A DNA stretch of 64,000 nt from Eledone cirrhosa (GCA_964016885.1 OZ024745.1:52452001-52516000); one strand, 5' to 3'. Numbered from the stretch's first letter, positions 13,621 to 32,340 are shown. The notes: generated by a model from the letters alone, not told the origin. Numbers and translations: made by a program.

Positions 13621-14801
13621 TTTAACACTTCATACAGTAAAAAAGGCGTCTTAATGTTTCGCAGGGTAGCATTTCTATGTATCTATATATATATGTGTAT
13701 GCGTATGGGCGTACGTAATATGTCCTTACTTATGTTTCACACACCAACGCTATCTACACTTAATGGCCCTTGCTTCAGTGTCTATGCTTTCTTTTGTCGC
13801 AGGCATTTGATAGTGTGTTTGAGGCCTATGGCGGAAGCTAGGAAACCGGTTTGTGAAAATGCTTTTCAATCTATATTCCGGACACTTAACATATCCTGTT
13901 TCCATCCACCTCATTGCAAGGAAACAAAGGTCAGGCACACTCACACAGATCCACACAGACACATTTCCACACACATCAACACAAAACATACAATGGTAAT
14001 TTCCCTTCTTAAAATCCTCTCATATCTAACACACATTGCGATCAGCTCTTTCCAAAAATAGCAGACTACACACAGCGGTCTATTCATCTTTGTCTACACA
14101 CAAATAATAAGAATACAATTATATGCGGAGAAAATCCACAGTCACCAAGATGGCAGGAAATATTGTAATATATTTCATTCTGTGGAACTATAGAAACGGT
14201 TTAAAATTTTAAAGAATATGTAACATTTTGCCTTTATTTTTGTAAGAGAAAATAAAATCGGCATCATTAACTTATCTTATGGCAAACAAAATTATTTGTT
14301 CACCTTTTAAAACATCAGAAGTAAAAGAAATCCTGGACGCTTATAATATGTGACTGATAACGTTGGTTTAACACGAGTGAACGTTCTCCAATACTGGGAT
14401 TCACCCACTAAAAATCCAACATCATGAATATTAAGTATTTTATGAATATGTATGGCTAATTTACGATGAATAATTACAATTATATTTTCATTTATTTATT
14501 TGTGTTCCATCCGACATAAAGATATATATAGAGATTGAGTGAATTTCAACGACGCCGGTAGATGAAACGTAATGTTAACACCGATTTTGTCTAATCGCAG
14601 AAAGTATGTTGCTGGCAGAAATTATATAAAGCAGTGTCCCCAAACTTCAACAAATTCTATAGACTCCTTTCAAGCACACAGTAAAAGTATACTCGTACAT
14701 TATATTATTAATTTCTAGAGGGCTTGAAGACAGAATAGTTTACAGTACAACGTAAGTTCATCTATTAATTGAATACGATATTTTGAAAGCTGAATCTAGG
14801 T

Positions 14802-14899
<98 letters not shown>

Positions 14900-15143
14900 G
14901 CGCGCACACATACACACACACATACATACATAGCGCACAAATATACACACACACACACTCAGGCACATACATTGATATCTGCATTAGTCGGCAACGCCTA
15001 AATCATAAAACAAAACTCTCCTACAAGCAATAGCATATAATGAATTATTTACAAGGTATATTTGAAAATGGATTTTGGCTTCATATTTCCTCGTTATGTA
15101 TAATGCACATGTGTGTAATTCATTTGCTTAAATATACTTAACC

Positions 15144-15212
<69 letters not shown>

Positions 15213-15615
15213 ATATGTATATATATATATATGTGCGTGTGTGTGTGTGTTTGTGTGTGTGTATGTGTGTATGTATATATACATATTTATATATGTATAT
15301 ATACTGTAACAAAACAAAATATAAGTACAAATCTAATCAAACACTTTGCACAATTAGTAATACAAAATAGAGCAAGCAAATATTTCCTGCTGTTAAGCAG
15401 AATAATAGAAAATTTCGTAATTCAAATTCGCAATACAACTTCCAATTTTACGACTGATACAATGAACAGCAGTTTACAAATACGCAAGTACACACATACA
15501 TGCGAATACATACTTGCGCAAGTGCGCACATACATACGAATACATACGAAAACGCACAAATATATTCATTTACTTTTGCATATCTCCCTCTCTTTTTCTC
15601 ACTCTCTCCCTCATT

Positions 15616-15699
<84 letters not shown>

Positions 15700-16270
15700 C
15701 ATATACCATTTGTGAAACAGTATTTTGCACACATATATAATACAAATGATATTATACAAATAATATTCAAGACAAAATACATTTTTTAAGTTCGGGAACT
15801 TTTACTCATGGTACTATTTCATAGACCAAAGAACCAAGGGAAAATCGAAGTTAATCTAAGCAATCGCCTATCGGAATACAAGAAACTAATAATCGGAGTT
15901 AATTGTCTTTATAAATGTCCTATATTGTGCAAAATACCTTTATATTTATTGATAGGAGTGAGTCTGTATAAAAAAGCTTTTGAGACCAACTGGAGTCGAA
16001 GTAAGACATACTTTCTGCTTACAACTTATATAAAGGGTTGTTTTTTTTATTATATATATATGTATATATGCAGTAAGTCTTAAAATGAAGTACAAACCAT
16101 TTTATGCTGAAAAATAGGAACCCAGGCACGAAAGTGCCCACAAATTTGTAAGTGTTCATTATTCCCATCTGCAGAAGTTCGTAGGTAGGATGTTAGTAAA
16201 GTGGGGTCTTACTGTGTACATGTATATATATATATATATAATACTATATATATAATACTGTATATATATA

Positions 16271-17506
<1,236 letters not shown>

Positions 17507-17521
17507 CTATATATATATATA

Positions 17522-17628
17522 TAATTGTTTCTACTATTGGCACAAGGCCAGAAATTACCCAGTACATTACTGGTACTTTATTTTATCGACCCCGTAAGGA
17601 TGAAAGGCAAAGTCAACCTCGGCGGGAT
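17522..17628 (-). mobile_element. Nin-core SINE, 5'-truncated
   Basis: Matches 16271-16378. Confidence 0.8.
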
Positions 17629-18999
17629 ATATATATATATATAATACTATATATATATATGTATATTGTTAAGAATCAAACATTTTCATGTGTTTCTCAA
17701 AACCCGAACTATAAATACGCTAACATTGGTTGCAAGAGAATAATAATATCTTGATTTCTATTATCTACAACGCCATTCCTGACATTAGCGTAATTTGAAT
17801 CCCCAGGCACTAATCTCACCTCCTGTGGAAGCAGGCGCGATTTGATCTCAGAAAGCACAGATCTGCGACAGGCAACATATGATAACCTGGCTGACGCAGG
17901 AAAAAATATACCCCCCCCCCCATCCTCCTAATCTTTGGACTGTTACCTTATCAACATCAAAAAGATGAAAGTCAACACGGGGAAATTATAACGAAGCATT
18001 TTTTATGTCAATTTATCTAAACTTCCAATTCGCCACCACATCTGTAATCGTTGCCATAACACGTGTGAAAGACTCCTTTCCACCTTAATGTTCCATTGTG
18101 TAGCACGATACCCAACACACCCGCAGTGGAATGACTGAAATACTAAAATAATAAACAATTCATATATGAAGTGGGTAAGTTCTAACATGAGGAATATTCG
18201 ACAGGAGGTTCTAGTAAGTCCGACAACTTACACGAAGCTGAATATTATGATTCATTTATCAAGTTATAATTCAATTTTATATATTTGCAGAGATTCAATA
18301 GCGTTGCCATAAGAACCATATGCCTATTCTGTATTCAACTTTTTTCTCGTCAATATTTTCAATAAATCAAAATTATATTTTGTCTCAAGTTATACATAAT
18401 CTCAAATAATCAGTTTAAACCTAATGTTTTATCTTTTGGAAACATTTAGATATTGCGTATCAAAGTTTGGTATTTTCAACATTTTGAATATATAAAAAAA
18501 AATGCAGTAGATCAGGCTTGGATGTAAAGTTTTGGACTGGTTGAAGTATTCTGATAAACAATATCAATACGAAAAAAAAAAATGTTCCATGTCCGTCGAT
18601 AAATCTACCGTGTATCCCAGCACGATATATAATCACTTAGAGAATCAATCATTCAATCTGGTTAAGCAACTAACTGAATATCCGTCATCATATCACTCAC
18701 TGCATCTATATTTTTCTCAGTGTTTCCATCTCACTTACATTCTGTTTACTTATATATACATTGTCTTCATATCAATATTTCAAAACGTACTAAATATATG
18801 TAAATCTGTGTTTGTTTGCAGAGTTACACACATGTGTAAGCTGCGAGTGTCTTATTAGAGAAATATTTCGCGCAACACGTACACAACTACATGTAATTAT
18901 GCATGTGTTCGTATATCAGTATGTGTACCTCTGCGTATGAATACATAATAATTTCCTATATATATATATATAAATACATATAAATATACAATATATTCA

Positions 19000-19074
19000 C
19001 CTGTTGAGTGCTTTATAGCAGTTATAAACATGTTTAAGCTTGTTGAATCCCAACAAATTAAATATAACCTCTGC

Positions 19075-19075
<1 letters not shown>
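19000..19075 (+). mobile_element. Family A 3'-terminal fragment between (AT)n tracts
   Basis: GAGTGCTTTATA.CAGTTATAAA...CAACAAATTAAATATAACCTCT matches 32868-32920. Confidence 0.65.
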
Positions 19076-19139
<64 letters not shown>

Positions 19140-22100
19140 GAGGAAGAGAGAAATGTAAGAAACCTAGTAGAATACGGTGGTTATATATGTATGCTTGATG
19201 ATCATATATTTGTCGTCTGGTAAATGCTTATGAGTCAGTATTTATAAGCTATACGTTACCGCTTACGAGTTTGCATCATTAAAACTTTTCTTATGTGTGT
19301 GAGGTAATTTGGTGTCATTCTCTATAGTATATGTGAATGTCGAAATTTCCATACGTCTGTACTTATTGATTTTATTTGATAAACGTCTATGTATGAACTA
19401 TCTTCTTTAAAACAAAAACAAATACGAAGTCAATGTGAGTACTGGTGTACCAATAATGCACAAAGTAGACAGATTGGAATATTGTCTTAAATAGCAATGC
19501 AGACAGTGAACAAACTCGAACATTTATTGATTTCACAGCCAACACGAGCAAAACAGATGTTCAAATTAAGATAGATTTAAATTTGTCAACAACTTCTCTA
19601 GAAATCGTCTACATACCAAGATGTAATCGTTAATTAGAAAGGTTGCTGATGGTATTTATCATTTGCTATTCATGTTTTCATGAATACTTGGGCTTACATT
19701 TAGAGTTAATATATTCTCCTATTGTAAGCTTGGAAAGTAGAGCTGATTTCATATACGCCTAAAGGGCCTTAGATAGTCGTTTTCTATAAATCAAACAAAA
19801 TATTCTGATGTGGTAATAGTCCGGGGCTATAATTAATCTACCACTATTTGTAGAAATAATTGACATACACGGTGGCAGTTATGAAATGTTTCAGCACCAA
19901 CCCGAAGTGAGGATGTCAACATGGTTATTTTGCCTGCAGGAAATGGCACATATATCTCCTTGAAACCACGTTACCGTCTTAATCAGGACGGGTAGATTGA
20001 AGAGAGAAGACTAAATGCAAGATGAGATAATCGCGACTCGAACATTGTTCGATTACAAATCTACTTGCCGAATATAAATATAACAAGATTTTACATCGTT
20101 CAGTTTATTCTACTGAATATTATTTGGCGATGGAGAGGAATCTGTTATATCTATTTGTGCTTTCATAGATATATAATGTATTTCAAGTGAAAAAGGTAAA
20201 CTGTGTACATTTCAACATATCATATAATAAGTAGAAGTCTTTTTCTGACTGTTGCAGAGGTAAATACTATTTCAAGGAAGATATACATTAATTTTCTAAA
20301 ATAATATTTTTGATGATGATTAAAATTGTAACCTAGTGTTGATTATCGAAGAACAATCTATAGCCTTTAAGAAAAAAAAATCGATTTGACCTGTTCTTCC
20401 AGCTTCAAATCTGAGTAAATATATTTGAAGCCTTGTGAAAAGGTTGAATCTTAATTATCATATGTTATGAATTAAATTATAATTCGTATATTTTATTTTG
20501 GTGCTGTGTTTAATACAAATTATCTTTTTTGATGTAATATGTAAGACGCATTTTTAAACAATCAATTTTCCGCAGATGATACCCAAGTTGACATATGCTG
20601 GAGGCATTTGTGTATGTATTTCTGAAGAGTTTATCTCAATTATTCTGCACTGAGAGGAAAGGATATAGAGTGTGCATATAAAAATTGAAATAGTAATACA
20701 GTGATAGAGAAGCTGATTGAATATTTGATATCTCCATACAAAACATATAGAAGAATGGAAAATATAAGAAAAATGATAGACATCTTAAATTATAAACGAA
20801 ACCTTCATTAGATAGGAGTTGTGAAAATAGCTGTATGTTAAAGGAAACTAAATTGTAGTATATTAGAAGACGAAATCCTAACCGTTTTCTGAATAAAAAG
20901 ACGCTTTGTGTTACTTTATGTTATATTCTCTAGTAAAATACGGCGTGTACGTGATATTTTTGCGTATATGATAAAACCCGCACGATTATTTAAAACATTT
21001 TCGTAAAAAATTCGTCCTGCACGTTTACAATAATGTCTGCAATATCTCACCATATAATTAAGTGTAATAATATGTTGTATGATATATATCCAACAAAAAT
21101 TAAATGACCTAAGATATTTCGATAGTGTTTCGATCCACTGAGACAGGTAATAAATGTAAACAGCAATTGGTGATTTTACTTCAATTCACTAGTTGTGATA
21201 TTGCTGGAATCTCATTGATATTGATGTGGTTGTATGAAACACTGATATGTAAGAAAGAAACCGGCATCGGTCTATATCGATCATCTCCTGAATATACTTT
21301 ATTTTATAAGCCGAAATTATTAAAGGCAAGAATGTGCTTGGCACGATATCCGGACTGGATCTGTTCATAATTAATTTTAGATAAGGTTTCTCATGGCTGT
21401 TTTATTGCATTACTGCAAAGTTTCCTATATTTTGAGAAAATTCATAAGCATGGAATTTCTTTCCTGGATATCCATAGAGTTGATATACATTGATAAGTAG
21501 ATAGATTAAGTACATCTCAACAATTATTTGCATAAATATCTACAACATATACATACATCGATATCTACGTAGCTGATCCATATAGATGCATAATCAATTT
21601 TGTAAATGTATTTTTAGAAACCTGATACACATGACTATGCAACAATGCAATCGACATGGAGAAATACTGAGCTAATTCATGTACAAACATCTCATACCGA
21701 CCGACGCTACAGAAATGTTGACAGAGACACCCAAAACAAATTTAATATGCATATGTTCCTCTGATTATGGAAACAGGTGAATTCAAACAGGGATTATTTT
21801 TAGTTTCTAAAATGGGATAAATATCATATGTAAATATATTATAAAAATCGGAACTATTATAATTGTATGTTCGATGTAATTAATGAAAGTATCACTATTA
21901 CTTCAACTACGCGTGCAGCCGTAATACACTGATACTACAACTGTAGTAATAGTTACATATACTATAATAGCAGCAACACAGCAGTAATATCAATAGCAAA
22001 ATTAAAAATAACATTAGCGACAGGGACAGCCAAAACACCACCACTAACTGCCACAACCACACAATACCTAGAAAACTTAACAAGAAGAAAGATAGAAAAA

Positions 22101-22673
22101 ATGTGTCTCAACACACAAAACATGCTCCTCACCGCTTCAAGCTTCACGAGGGGGAAACGAAAGAACAACAAAGAGAATCCCTTGTGAAAAAAACGTAACA
22201 CATAAAAACAAACAATACAGAAGACTGAAAGATTTAAAGGATATATAGAATTTGCACTAACTAGCCACACATCAACATCAAGTGAATAATTATAATATCA
22301 CTAACGCCTATACCACCACCGACACTACTAATTCCATCAAACCTACTAACAGCACAATGGCACACTCGACATTAACACCTGCAACAATTCATTAAAATCA
22401 TTGCCACATAGTCATTAGAAGCACATAGGACATATTAGTTTATTTTAATAAGGAAACACAAAAATACTTTATAAGACAATTATATAATGATTCACATCAC
22501 GTACTCATTTTTGAAACAACCATCGCAGAGCAAGCTTTATAAATTTCCGAAAAGGCCTGGAAACGTTCTAGGGGAAAGACAGTAAGGGTCTCTCTTGAGG
22601 ACTACATAGAGAAATAGCCCCAACTAATAGAAAGGCCGGTTATCTTGTTCCTCCAAAGTAAAGTTGAAGGACT

Positions 22674-22787
22674 TTTCGATTAAAGTGCCTTTAATTTGAT
22701 TACGTAGTGTATAATTACGTAATACTTTTCAAAGGTATTACGTTCTTATACACTACGTAATCAAATTAAAGGCTCTTTAATCGGAAA
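22674..22787. repeat. Imperfect about 114-bp palindrome
   Basis: CGATTAAAG.GCCTTTAATTTGATTACGTAGTGTATAA and its reverse complement flank a nested ACGTAATAC/GTATTACGT hairpin. Confidence 0.85.
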
Positions 22788-23599
22788 TACATTTGCATAA
22801 GAAACACAAGAAAAAAGTTACCTACATGTTAGCCATCAGGGAGACCATATTTTCCAAATTATAAGCACTACACTTACACCTATTTTATAAGCACTACACT
22901 TATACCTATTACATCCGATCTTTCTGGACACATGTAGTAAGTTTGTGATCGTAGTCATCAGCGACTGTGGTAGTCTGTTTCCCTTTTCTTCTAAAAATAT
23001 TTTGTGGCATGTTCCACATGTTAGTACTAGTAGGGACTGGAATAAATCCCGTACACACTTTTGGATTGTGTGCGGTTAGCATAAGGATGATATGAGTTCA
23101 GAACCACCTACAGCTTGCTTAAATATTTAGAAATGTCAGTCAGGTACCGATTAAACATTCTAGAATAAGAGTTTGTGGACAATGGGCAACTGTATCCGGT
23201 CATGCAGATTCTATTAAGGCAGGGTATCTTTTAAGTCAGCAACATGACGACATGTATTAGACAGGAAACCATCAAATTTAGCCGAAATCGATTTGCTATC
23301 AGCAGGAATAATCCTATTTCCTCAACTGAAAACAAAATGCATGTTAGATGTATAGTGTATGCGTTGATATAACCAGGAATAAAATAAATTCGATATGGCT
23401 GCGTTGCAGGGTGCGTCCTGGCAACAAACTCCCATCTAGATGTTTGTTAAACTGGAATGTGTAATTGATACAATATTCCGTGCATATAAATGCTGCACTA
23501 CTATATTACTGTATCATTGCAATGATTTAAATATAAAGGATACATAGCTCTCTAGGACACGGATGACTTAGTATTTTGGACCTAGGAGGCTCGCCTCTG

Positions 23600-23830
23600 T
23601 GGCACCAGACCGGACAAGGTGTTTTGTGGGAAGACCAGTAGTTGCCCATGCATACCAGTTTCCCCCTCCTCGCTAGCTGTATTTTCCCGGAGAAAAGCTA
23701 ATTCAGATACAACTTGACACCAAAGCCGTCGCAACTCATTTCTGTGGCTAAATGAACAGGAACATTTTGAAATAAATTGTTTTACTGAAGGACATAACGG
23801 ACCACCCGGTTTAAAAATATAGGATCATAA
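23600..23830 (-). mobile_element. Old SINE remnant of a second family
   Basis: AGACCAGTAGT.GCCCATGCATACCAG and GTCGCAACTCATTTCT..GCT..TGAAC.GG resemble an abundant Octopus SINE as recalled; not database verified. Confidence 0.5.
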
Positions 23831-24899
23831 CCATTGAAAATGCTGGATTGATTAAATTTTGTTTCTCTAAAATTGTTTCCTACAATAAATTAACGAATCG
23901 ATAATTTTATAACATACTAAGGCCTGAATATTATACGTAAAAAGAGAAATACTTAGCAATATATTTTCTTAATGTATTCATATTAAACAGAATATCTATA
24001 AAATGAACATTTATAATATTATCAAAGATATAGCAAACCTTTTCGAGATAAAAAAACAAACAAATTTTCTCTGTTTGAGGAGTTTATATTATAATTATCT
24101 TTTATATTAAAATTTTCAGCAACACAGTTAACGTCATAAATTGGGAAATTTGATTACATATTACACACATTGACATCCATTCGTGTACATAGAGAGACTC
24201 GCACATACAAACACACACAAGCACATACATGTACACAGTTATATTTGTATGATTGTATGTGCAAACGAATATTTTTGTGTGATTATGATTATCTAAGAGT
24301 TTTAAAACTATATAAAAATAAAGTAATATAAAAGTCATTAATTGTAGTTTACATTTTGAGAAAGATAGATTCGCCATTAAAATTAAATATATTTTCATCA
24401 GATTATTTTCTGTTATCGAAAGGATATTTCAATTTAGAACACTTTGAATATGCATGCCTCTGGCTTATTTTATTTTAATGTCATTTTCTATTGTCTAAAT
24501 AAAATATTCAATTTGACACAACTTCAAATAATTATATAACTCCAATACATATATAAATATTTATCAAGTGAATTTCATATTGCAAATGTTTTATCATATG
24601 ATATGTAATGAAATGGGATAGGAAACCATTAGAAATATTCGGATATTGTGCATATTATGAATTGAGAATGAGTGAAGAATATCGACTCTATCAACGTCGG
24701 GGCTCCTTGTCAAAGAGACTTGATCGATCATATTTACCACAGTACATGTTTGTGTCAAGCATTTCACCGATTGTATCTATATAATATTATTATCATTTCT
24801 TTTGTCACGCATTGACTAGACTTCTCGTATTCAGGTCGTATTTTACAATCATTTATAATCTTTTTGAAAATGTCGTTCTAAAATTTTCTTTCATTTCTA

Positions 24900-26640
24900 C
24901 AAATAACATATCGTCCAGTCCTAATGCCGTCAACTACTTGTATTAACTACCTCCTGCCTGCTCTTTGGTTATTCCCGATGTCAACCTTAATCCACTTAAT
25001 CCTTTGCCCTTTTGATATAGAGCGCAGAGCATTTGGAAAGACCAAAATAAATATAAACTTCATTGCTACATATATGGGGTGTTTTATACAAATAATCTAT
25101 CCTGTTTTCTGACTCCCCAAGTATTTTTAGGTTGAATGATCCTTTTGCTCCAAATCCGTAACCCCTTTAAACTTTCCTGAGTGTCAGCTTTATATGTTTA
25201 AATGGAATGACGAATGGTGACGGTAAAAATGAGTCTCTTTAGAAGAGGGCTCTTTTAATTTCTGCTTTTCTAAGGAATACATTGATCAAATACAATTTGG
25301 TCTTCCACGATAGAATACTATTCAGAAGAAATGTTTGTTTTGTCAATAATAACAAACCCATGCACGCATTAAACAACCCACTGCTGAAGAGACATATCAT
25401 ATGCTTTCTTTCTATATATGTTGGTATGAAACTTCTTACATTGTCTCAAAAGTGTCCTATCAATCTCCTAGTAATTTGTGGTGGTTGAAATCTCCGACAT
25501 CCATTTTGCTCTCTTGATAATGTTCTCTCCTGTACAAAAAAGTATATTCCTTCTCCTTAAATATTCCGGCAAGTACATTCCATAACGTTGTCAGGTATGG
25601 TATCGGGTGGTTGTTCTCCACAACATTCCATTTATTTCTATATTTTAGTATATACAATATACATGGTCCTTCCCGTAACAATTCAAGTGGAATATGCATC
25701 TCCCTGCGGACATTCATTAAATGGAGTTGCCTGTCTGTCATTAACCGCATTGTATCTCTTCAACGAAAAGCCATCAACCGGGGCACTCCTGTTTAGTGGC
25801 TTGCTCACTTGAGTCCTCGCATCAACTTTGCTTATCGTATTGTCTCTCTGTTATCTTTGGAATTCTGTCATCATAGTTTCTATCCACTCGGCATCCCTTG
25901 TATTCATCACAGTGTTTCCTCATATCCCATACTAGAAGGCCTTCATTTGGTTAGCATTAGGAACAACATCCTTCCCAACATCTGCTTCCCAGATATGGAC
26001 GAATTGTTTTGGACTGTTTTGGAACATTCTATTCACCTCGAAATGCTTACTTCTGATCACATTTCCTCTTATTTTCTGAGTTTTAATTGTTTTAATTGTT
26101 CTATTACAGTATAGAATCTATTCCACCGTATTTAATGCTTCTTGTCTAATGTCTCTCGATCGGTCCTTTTTTTACATTTTTCCATTTTCCTCTAAACCAT
26201 TGCTCACATTTACTTAGATGCTGATTTAAAAGCAGTATGTTATTTTCCATGAGGTGATTCCAGCCTACTTATTTTGCGTCATGCTGCTTCGTTTCGGCTA
26301 GTTATAGTTTTTATCATCAAGACGTGCAATAGCTTGGGTAAGGTTCCTTTGTATTATGTTCTCTGTCTGGATATGTGGTATGACAGCATTTGTCTTTTCG
26401 ATAATTTCATTCATCATGCTCCTATCTACTCTTCTCATCATCAGCGGGTTTTTTCTTCATCAAATGCATAAGCCGCCTTTGTAATACAAACGATTCATCA
26501 ACCAACTAGCTCCTCCTTCTTGTAAAACCAACCTCAGCAGTAATAGGGTTAGATTTTTCCACTTATTTAACCAGTCCTTCCTCCAAATGTGCAAGCTAAA
26601 TATACAAGCAGCTAGCGTAAGAAAAACTACAAGACAAAGC
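24900..26640 (-). mobile_element. Decayed R4/Dong-like non-LTR retrotransposon RT region
   Basis: Frameshifted motifs in order: FQNSPKQF, F*YGI*G..DAEWI, NNHPIPYLTTLWNVLAGI, KKAYD..W, *KYLG, LYIKRAK; boundaries approximate. Confidence 0.65.
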
Positions 26641-29600
26641 ACCGAGAGTATTTATTATGAATTCATATAAATAAAAAAATTATATAAGTTTTGATAATGT
26701 GACATGTGAGCATTCAAAGAGAAATAGAATAAATACAGGAAAATTAGTAATTCTTTATATGAGACCTCAGTATTAAACTCGGATTTTGAAACCTGATCAT
26801 AAGTGCCTCTTGTTTTGGTTATATGTTTTTGTTTTTGTTCTGTGTTGACCTAAGTATTGTAATCAATGATGTGATTCGTTGTAACTTTCCATTCATATAT
26901 CAATGTCTCTCCTACTGTTGCCACATTTCATACGTTACTTTCTGTAATTTATCTTGCCACAATAATTTAGAGACTATCAATTTCTAGAGTATTTAGACTG
27001 TGGTCAAGGGAGTAAGGTTAAATTTTAGAATAAAAATGTTTAACTCCATATAGTATCTAACATGGAAATGCATTAACAAAAGGAGAGAACATTGTATTTG
27101 CGAATAATCATTGACAAATATACACAAAATGATATGACAGAATGCTTGGGAAAAATCTGAAGTATATGTTGCATTGAACAGAGGTTCCTATCTGTCTACG
27201 ATTAGTGAATAAAAGCAATATAGATACTGACACTAAAAGCAGTTTTAAGCTTATGAATATGAAGAGACATGGCATAGCATGACACTTGTGATAGCGAAAC
27301 GTAATATTTCAATGGGATGATATTACCAAACATAAATCTCTTCAATAGGTATTCATTAACTAGACAACAAACTTCAAATTGTATAGTCTATTATATTACA
27401 AGGAATGACTCATCTATACATTTGATGTCATCTTAAAGTTAGGCTCTTTCAACAGAGTCAATTGATCTTTCATTGTATTTCTACAGACGTTTTAGAGGAA
27501 AAATAGTGATGTATGATATTTAAAGATGAAAGATATATCCTACACTTGTTACGTTTAGTAGCAACGAGATATTTCGAACTACATATCTACACCATAGCAT
27601 CAATTAATGGAGGTGGTTCTCATTGATGATAACCTGTTAAGAAGACACTACTAGCGTAATTAGTAATAATTATACATATGGTTCCTATAATTTTAATCAT
27701 ATCAATAACATTATTGTTATTCCCATCTTTCACTGCGTATTTGAAAGCAGATCTGTTTGCCTTAGTGATTAGATGTGTTATTCGATTGTATTCTAGTAAT
27801 ATATGCGCACTGCTATATTTCTTAGCTCATGTATACGTGTAGAGAATGGTGTATTTTTATATTCATAAAAGAGGAAATATCTATATTGTTTCTATTTTAA
27901 AAACGTAGATTCTGAGTATCTCTATTTTCAGACGTTTAACCTAGTATAGATATTCCTACGTAATATGATGTGGTTATTACGAAGTTCGCTTTACAATAAT
28001 GTTATCTTTTTCAAGGCAAACCTGTGGCGTGATCTGTAAGAAACATTTCTATATAGCTTTCTGTACACCCTTACATATGAATGGAATTGCGTGGAAGGTA
28101 ACTGTAGAATTCACTCGGAAGAACGGTACTTGTAATTCAAATATCAAATTTAATCACTCTTTGCGCCAAACCACCTCGGACTTAGAAATACGTGAATAAT
28201 CAACCCAACTGAGAAATACTAATCAAATCACGCTTTAAGTTTTCTTGCATTTAGTTCCATTGTTTGAAAAGCAGAATTTAACTTGTCGAACCTGAGGGGA
28301 ACCACAAGTTTTTCTCCAATTAATCTAAAGAATTATTGAGGTCAATTAGAATGGATACGCTGTACTAGAAATATTTTCTCTAATCTTCTAGGTGGCTTTT
28401 CTTTCACGCAAGGGAATTAGGTGCCTTCAATTGATGAAAACAAATCAAAACTAGGCTACGCATTAACGGGAATATATTTTGTAGTTAGATATCAACAGAC
28501 GTGGCGAACAATAATGGTGTAGCGTATTTCCATTATTTGTTGTATTTGTTGTATTTGATATGTTTGATTATATGAATCATAACTCCTATTTAATATGATA
28601 TCTCAGTCAAAACGTAGAGAAGAATTGTCTCCTATGAGACAAAATGAACTGAGTATGAACTGAGTTAATAAACCCATATTTACGCCTTCGTCCAATTCAC
28701 TACAAGGAGAGCGATATGATTCTGACAATATATTGTACTTCGTTTTCATAAAGTAATGGAAGTTGGAACCAAACTTGATATTGTTTAAACACATAATGAA
28801 ATATAACATGTGTATTACTAGTATTATTTGTATCACCTACTATACGAAGAGTCATATCCCCCATGTCCAATAAATATAAAACCATTTAAATACATCTATG
28901 CATACATAGATGTTTTTATTTCATAAAGAAAATAAAAGGCAATTAAATCAATCGACAGACATCGGCAGATATATGAGCATCAATAAGCATGAAATTGTTA
29001 ACATGAGCACAAAGTGAACAGCGCAGTATTCTTTCCTCAATCATCATGCCTCCTGATTCAATCAGATAGCTTCTCATTTTCCATAGAAAATCTTAATGGG
29101 GATATGCTGTATGCGATTGAATCCATATTTCGTTTCGATTGACTCAGGTTTTTCGAATAAATATGTCACTCGGTTCAATATCATTACCTGTCTCATATAC
29201 CAGATTTGCTGCATACGGTTAATTTTGTGGTTCGTTCCTCCATTACCCGAACGCTAAAATATATTATAGGTACAAATATTGTTTGATATCGGTGTAAATT
29301 ATATAGTGATCCTTAAAATAAGATAATTTCATAGAAGATGTTTATATTATATAACGACCAACAGAAGTTTTGTATATTTCAGATCGAAGTTAAGGAACCT
29401 AGATCTCCATTGACAGTAAAGCTTTTAGATATTTATAATCATTTACGTCTATATTATGTTTTTGCTTAAAACGAACTTTTATATTTTCGTTTCCTAACTC
29501 ACTATAATTCAAAGGTTATCGACTTTATCTTCGGGTGTTTTTGTAGAAGAGTCTTATGTTTACTCAAAGTGAAAATCATCCAATATTTTACGGGTTAGAT

Positions 29601-30539
29601 GTTTAAATACATTTTTGAACAAGTATGCATTTTTGGTAAGATTTCGAAATTAACCTCTAGAGATTATGGGAGCTAACACACGTAAGGTTTTGAGAAGTTG
29701 TGTTAATACTTCGAAATATTGGTTACCGTGATAAAGAACGATCGAAGGAAAACATGGGTATCTTGCAGTATATGATTATTTGATCTTATATTCAATTTCA
29801 AATCCGATTACGATAAACATCATTTTTTTTATTTCTTCACAATCAATGAAAGTGTAACATTAGTGAGTGTATTGGCCATCAATAACTGTCTCATATTTAT
29901 TTAAACCTTTTTCAATACACAAAATCGATATTTTGAAGTACTAAATCCCCAAATCCTGGAGGGCAGGGAAATTTCTAATTGATTTCCAAAACCTAATGCA
30001 TAAAGATAATATATATTCAGGGCTCTCAATACGATTATTTATCAGTCAAGTTACTCACCTTTATGTTTAGATTTCTTCAGAAATTATTTCTTAGGGCTAG
30101 AAATAATGTTTTCATATACGATTAAACCGTCAAATATGTCACTTAAGGGTTTAATGACAACATATGTGTTGGATGGGAACAGTTGTTTATCTCTATAGGG
30201 AATAGATGTTTTGCATTATTAAATAATATCAAAGAACAATCTTATAAACCTTGATTATAGAAAATAAGTTGTTCATTTAGAATCAATTGTGTTTTTTTCA
30301 CTAATTTGAAATGTTGCCAATTGTATAGATAGCTATACAAATATTACTAACTGAGCCGTATTTGTCGGTAAACGGGTAATTATTATATAAAATAGAGACT
30401 TGCATCGGGTAATGTTACGACAGACTAATAAATTATTTATTTTACGTTTTAGTATCGCCTACGGCAGCATCTTATTTACAACCTATCTATGAATTAAATA
30501 TCTTCAGCGTATTTATGGAAACGACGTTTTGCAAATAGG

Positions 30540-31800
<1,261 letters not shown>

Positions 31801-31862
31801 GCACGTATATATATATATACGTACATATAGATATATATATATATATACATATATATACATAT

Positions 31863-32340
31863 ATCAAAATAAAGATCCGAAGGCATGGTATAAAGTTCCA
31901 ATCATTTTAATCACGGCACATGTTTCAATAAGAGATAGCTTGAGCGTATGGCCATGATCGATTATCACTGATCTCGTCAGGTGAAAATGAATTGTTTTCA
32001 AATCCTTGATATGAGGGAGAAAATTTAACGAAAATTTAACTAGAGTTTTGTCCCCCATATGGGAGACAATTTGAAGACAATACATTTTCACTTAACGAGA
32101 TCTGTGATAATCGATCATGGCCACACGATTCTCTTATTGAAACATGTGTCGCGATTAAAATGATTGGAAATGTATACCATGCCTTCGGATCTTCATTTTG
32201 ATACAAATACTCCGTTTTGCATCATCTAGTTATTCCTATAAATGGAATTGGAGATATACAAAAGCCTGGAGAACTTAATATTGGTAAATTAATATTGGAC
32301 CGTATGACACAACCAATAATACACCTTACTATATAACAAC
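31863..32340. mobile_element. Diverged fold-back pLTR remnant with HHR
   Basis: 31863-32000 vs 32068-32203 inverted; minus 31911-31984 TCAC-CTGACGA...GAAAC-ATGT-GCC-GTGA, plus arm retains GAAAC-ATGT-GTC; right arm about 135 bp longer. Confidence 0.7.

Noticed and set aside
19865-19990. Possible mariner-like terminal remnant
   Set aside because: No partner inverted repeat or transposase sequence found.
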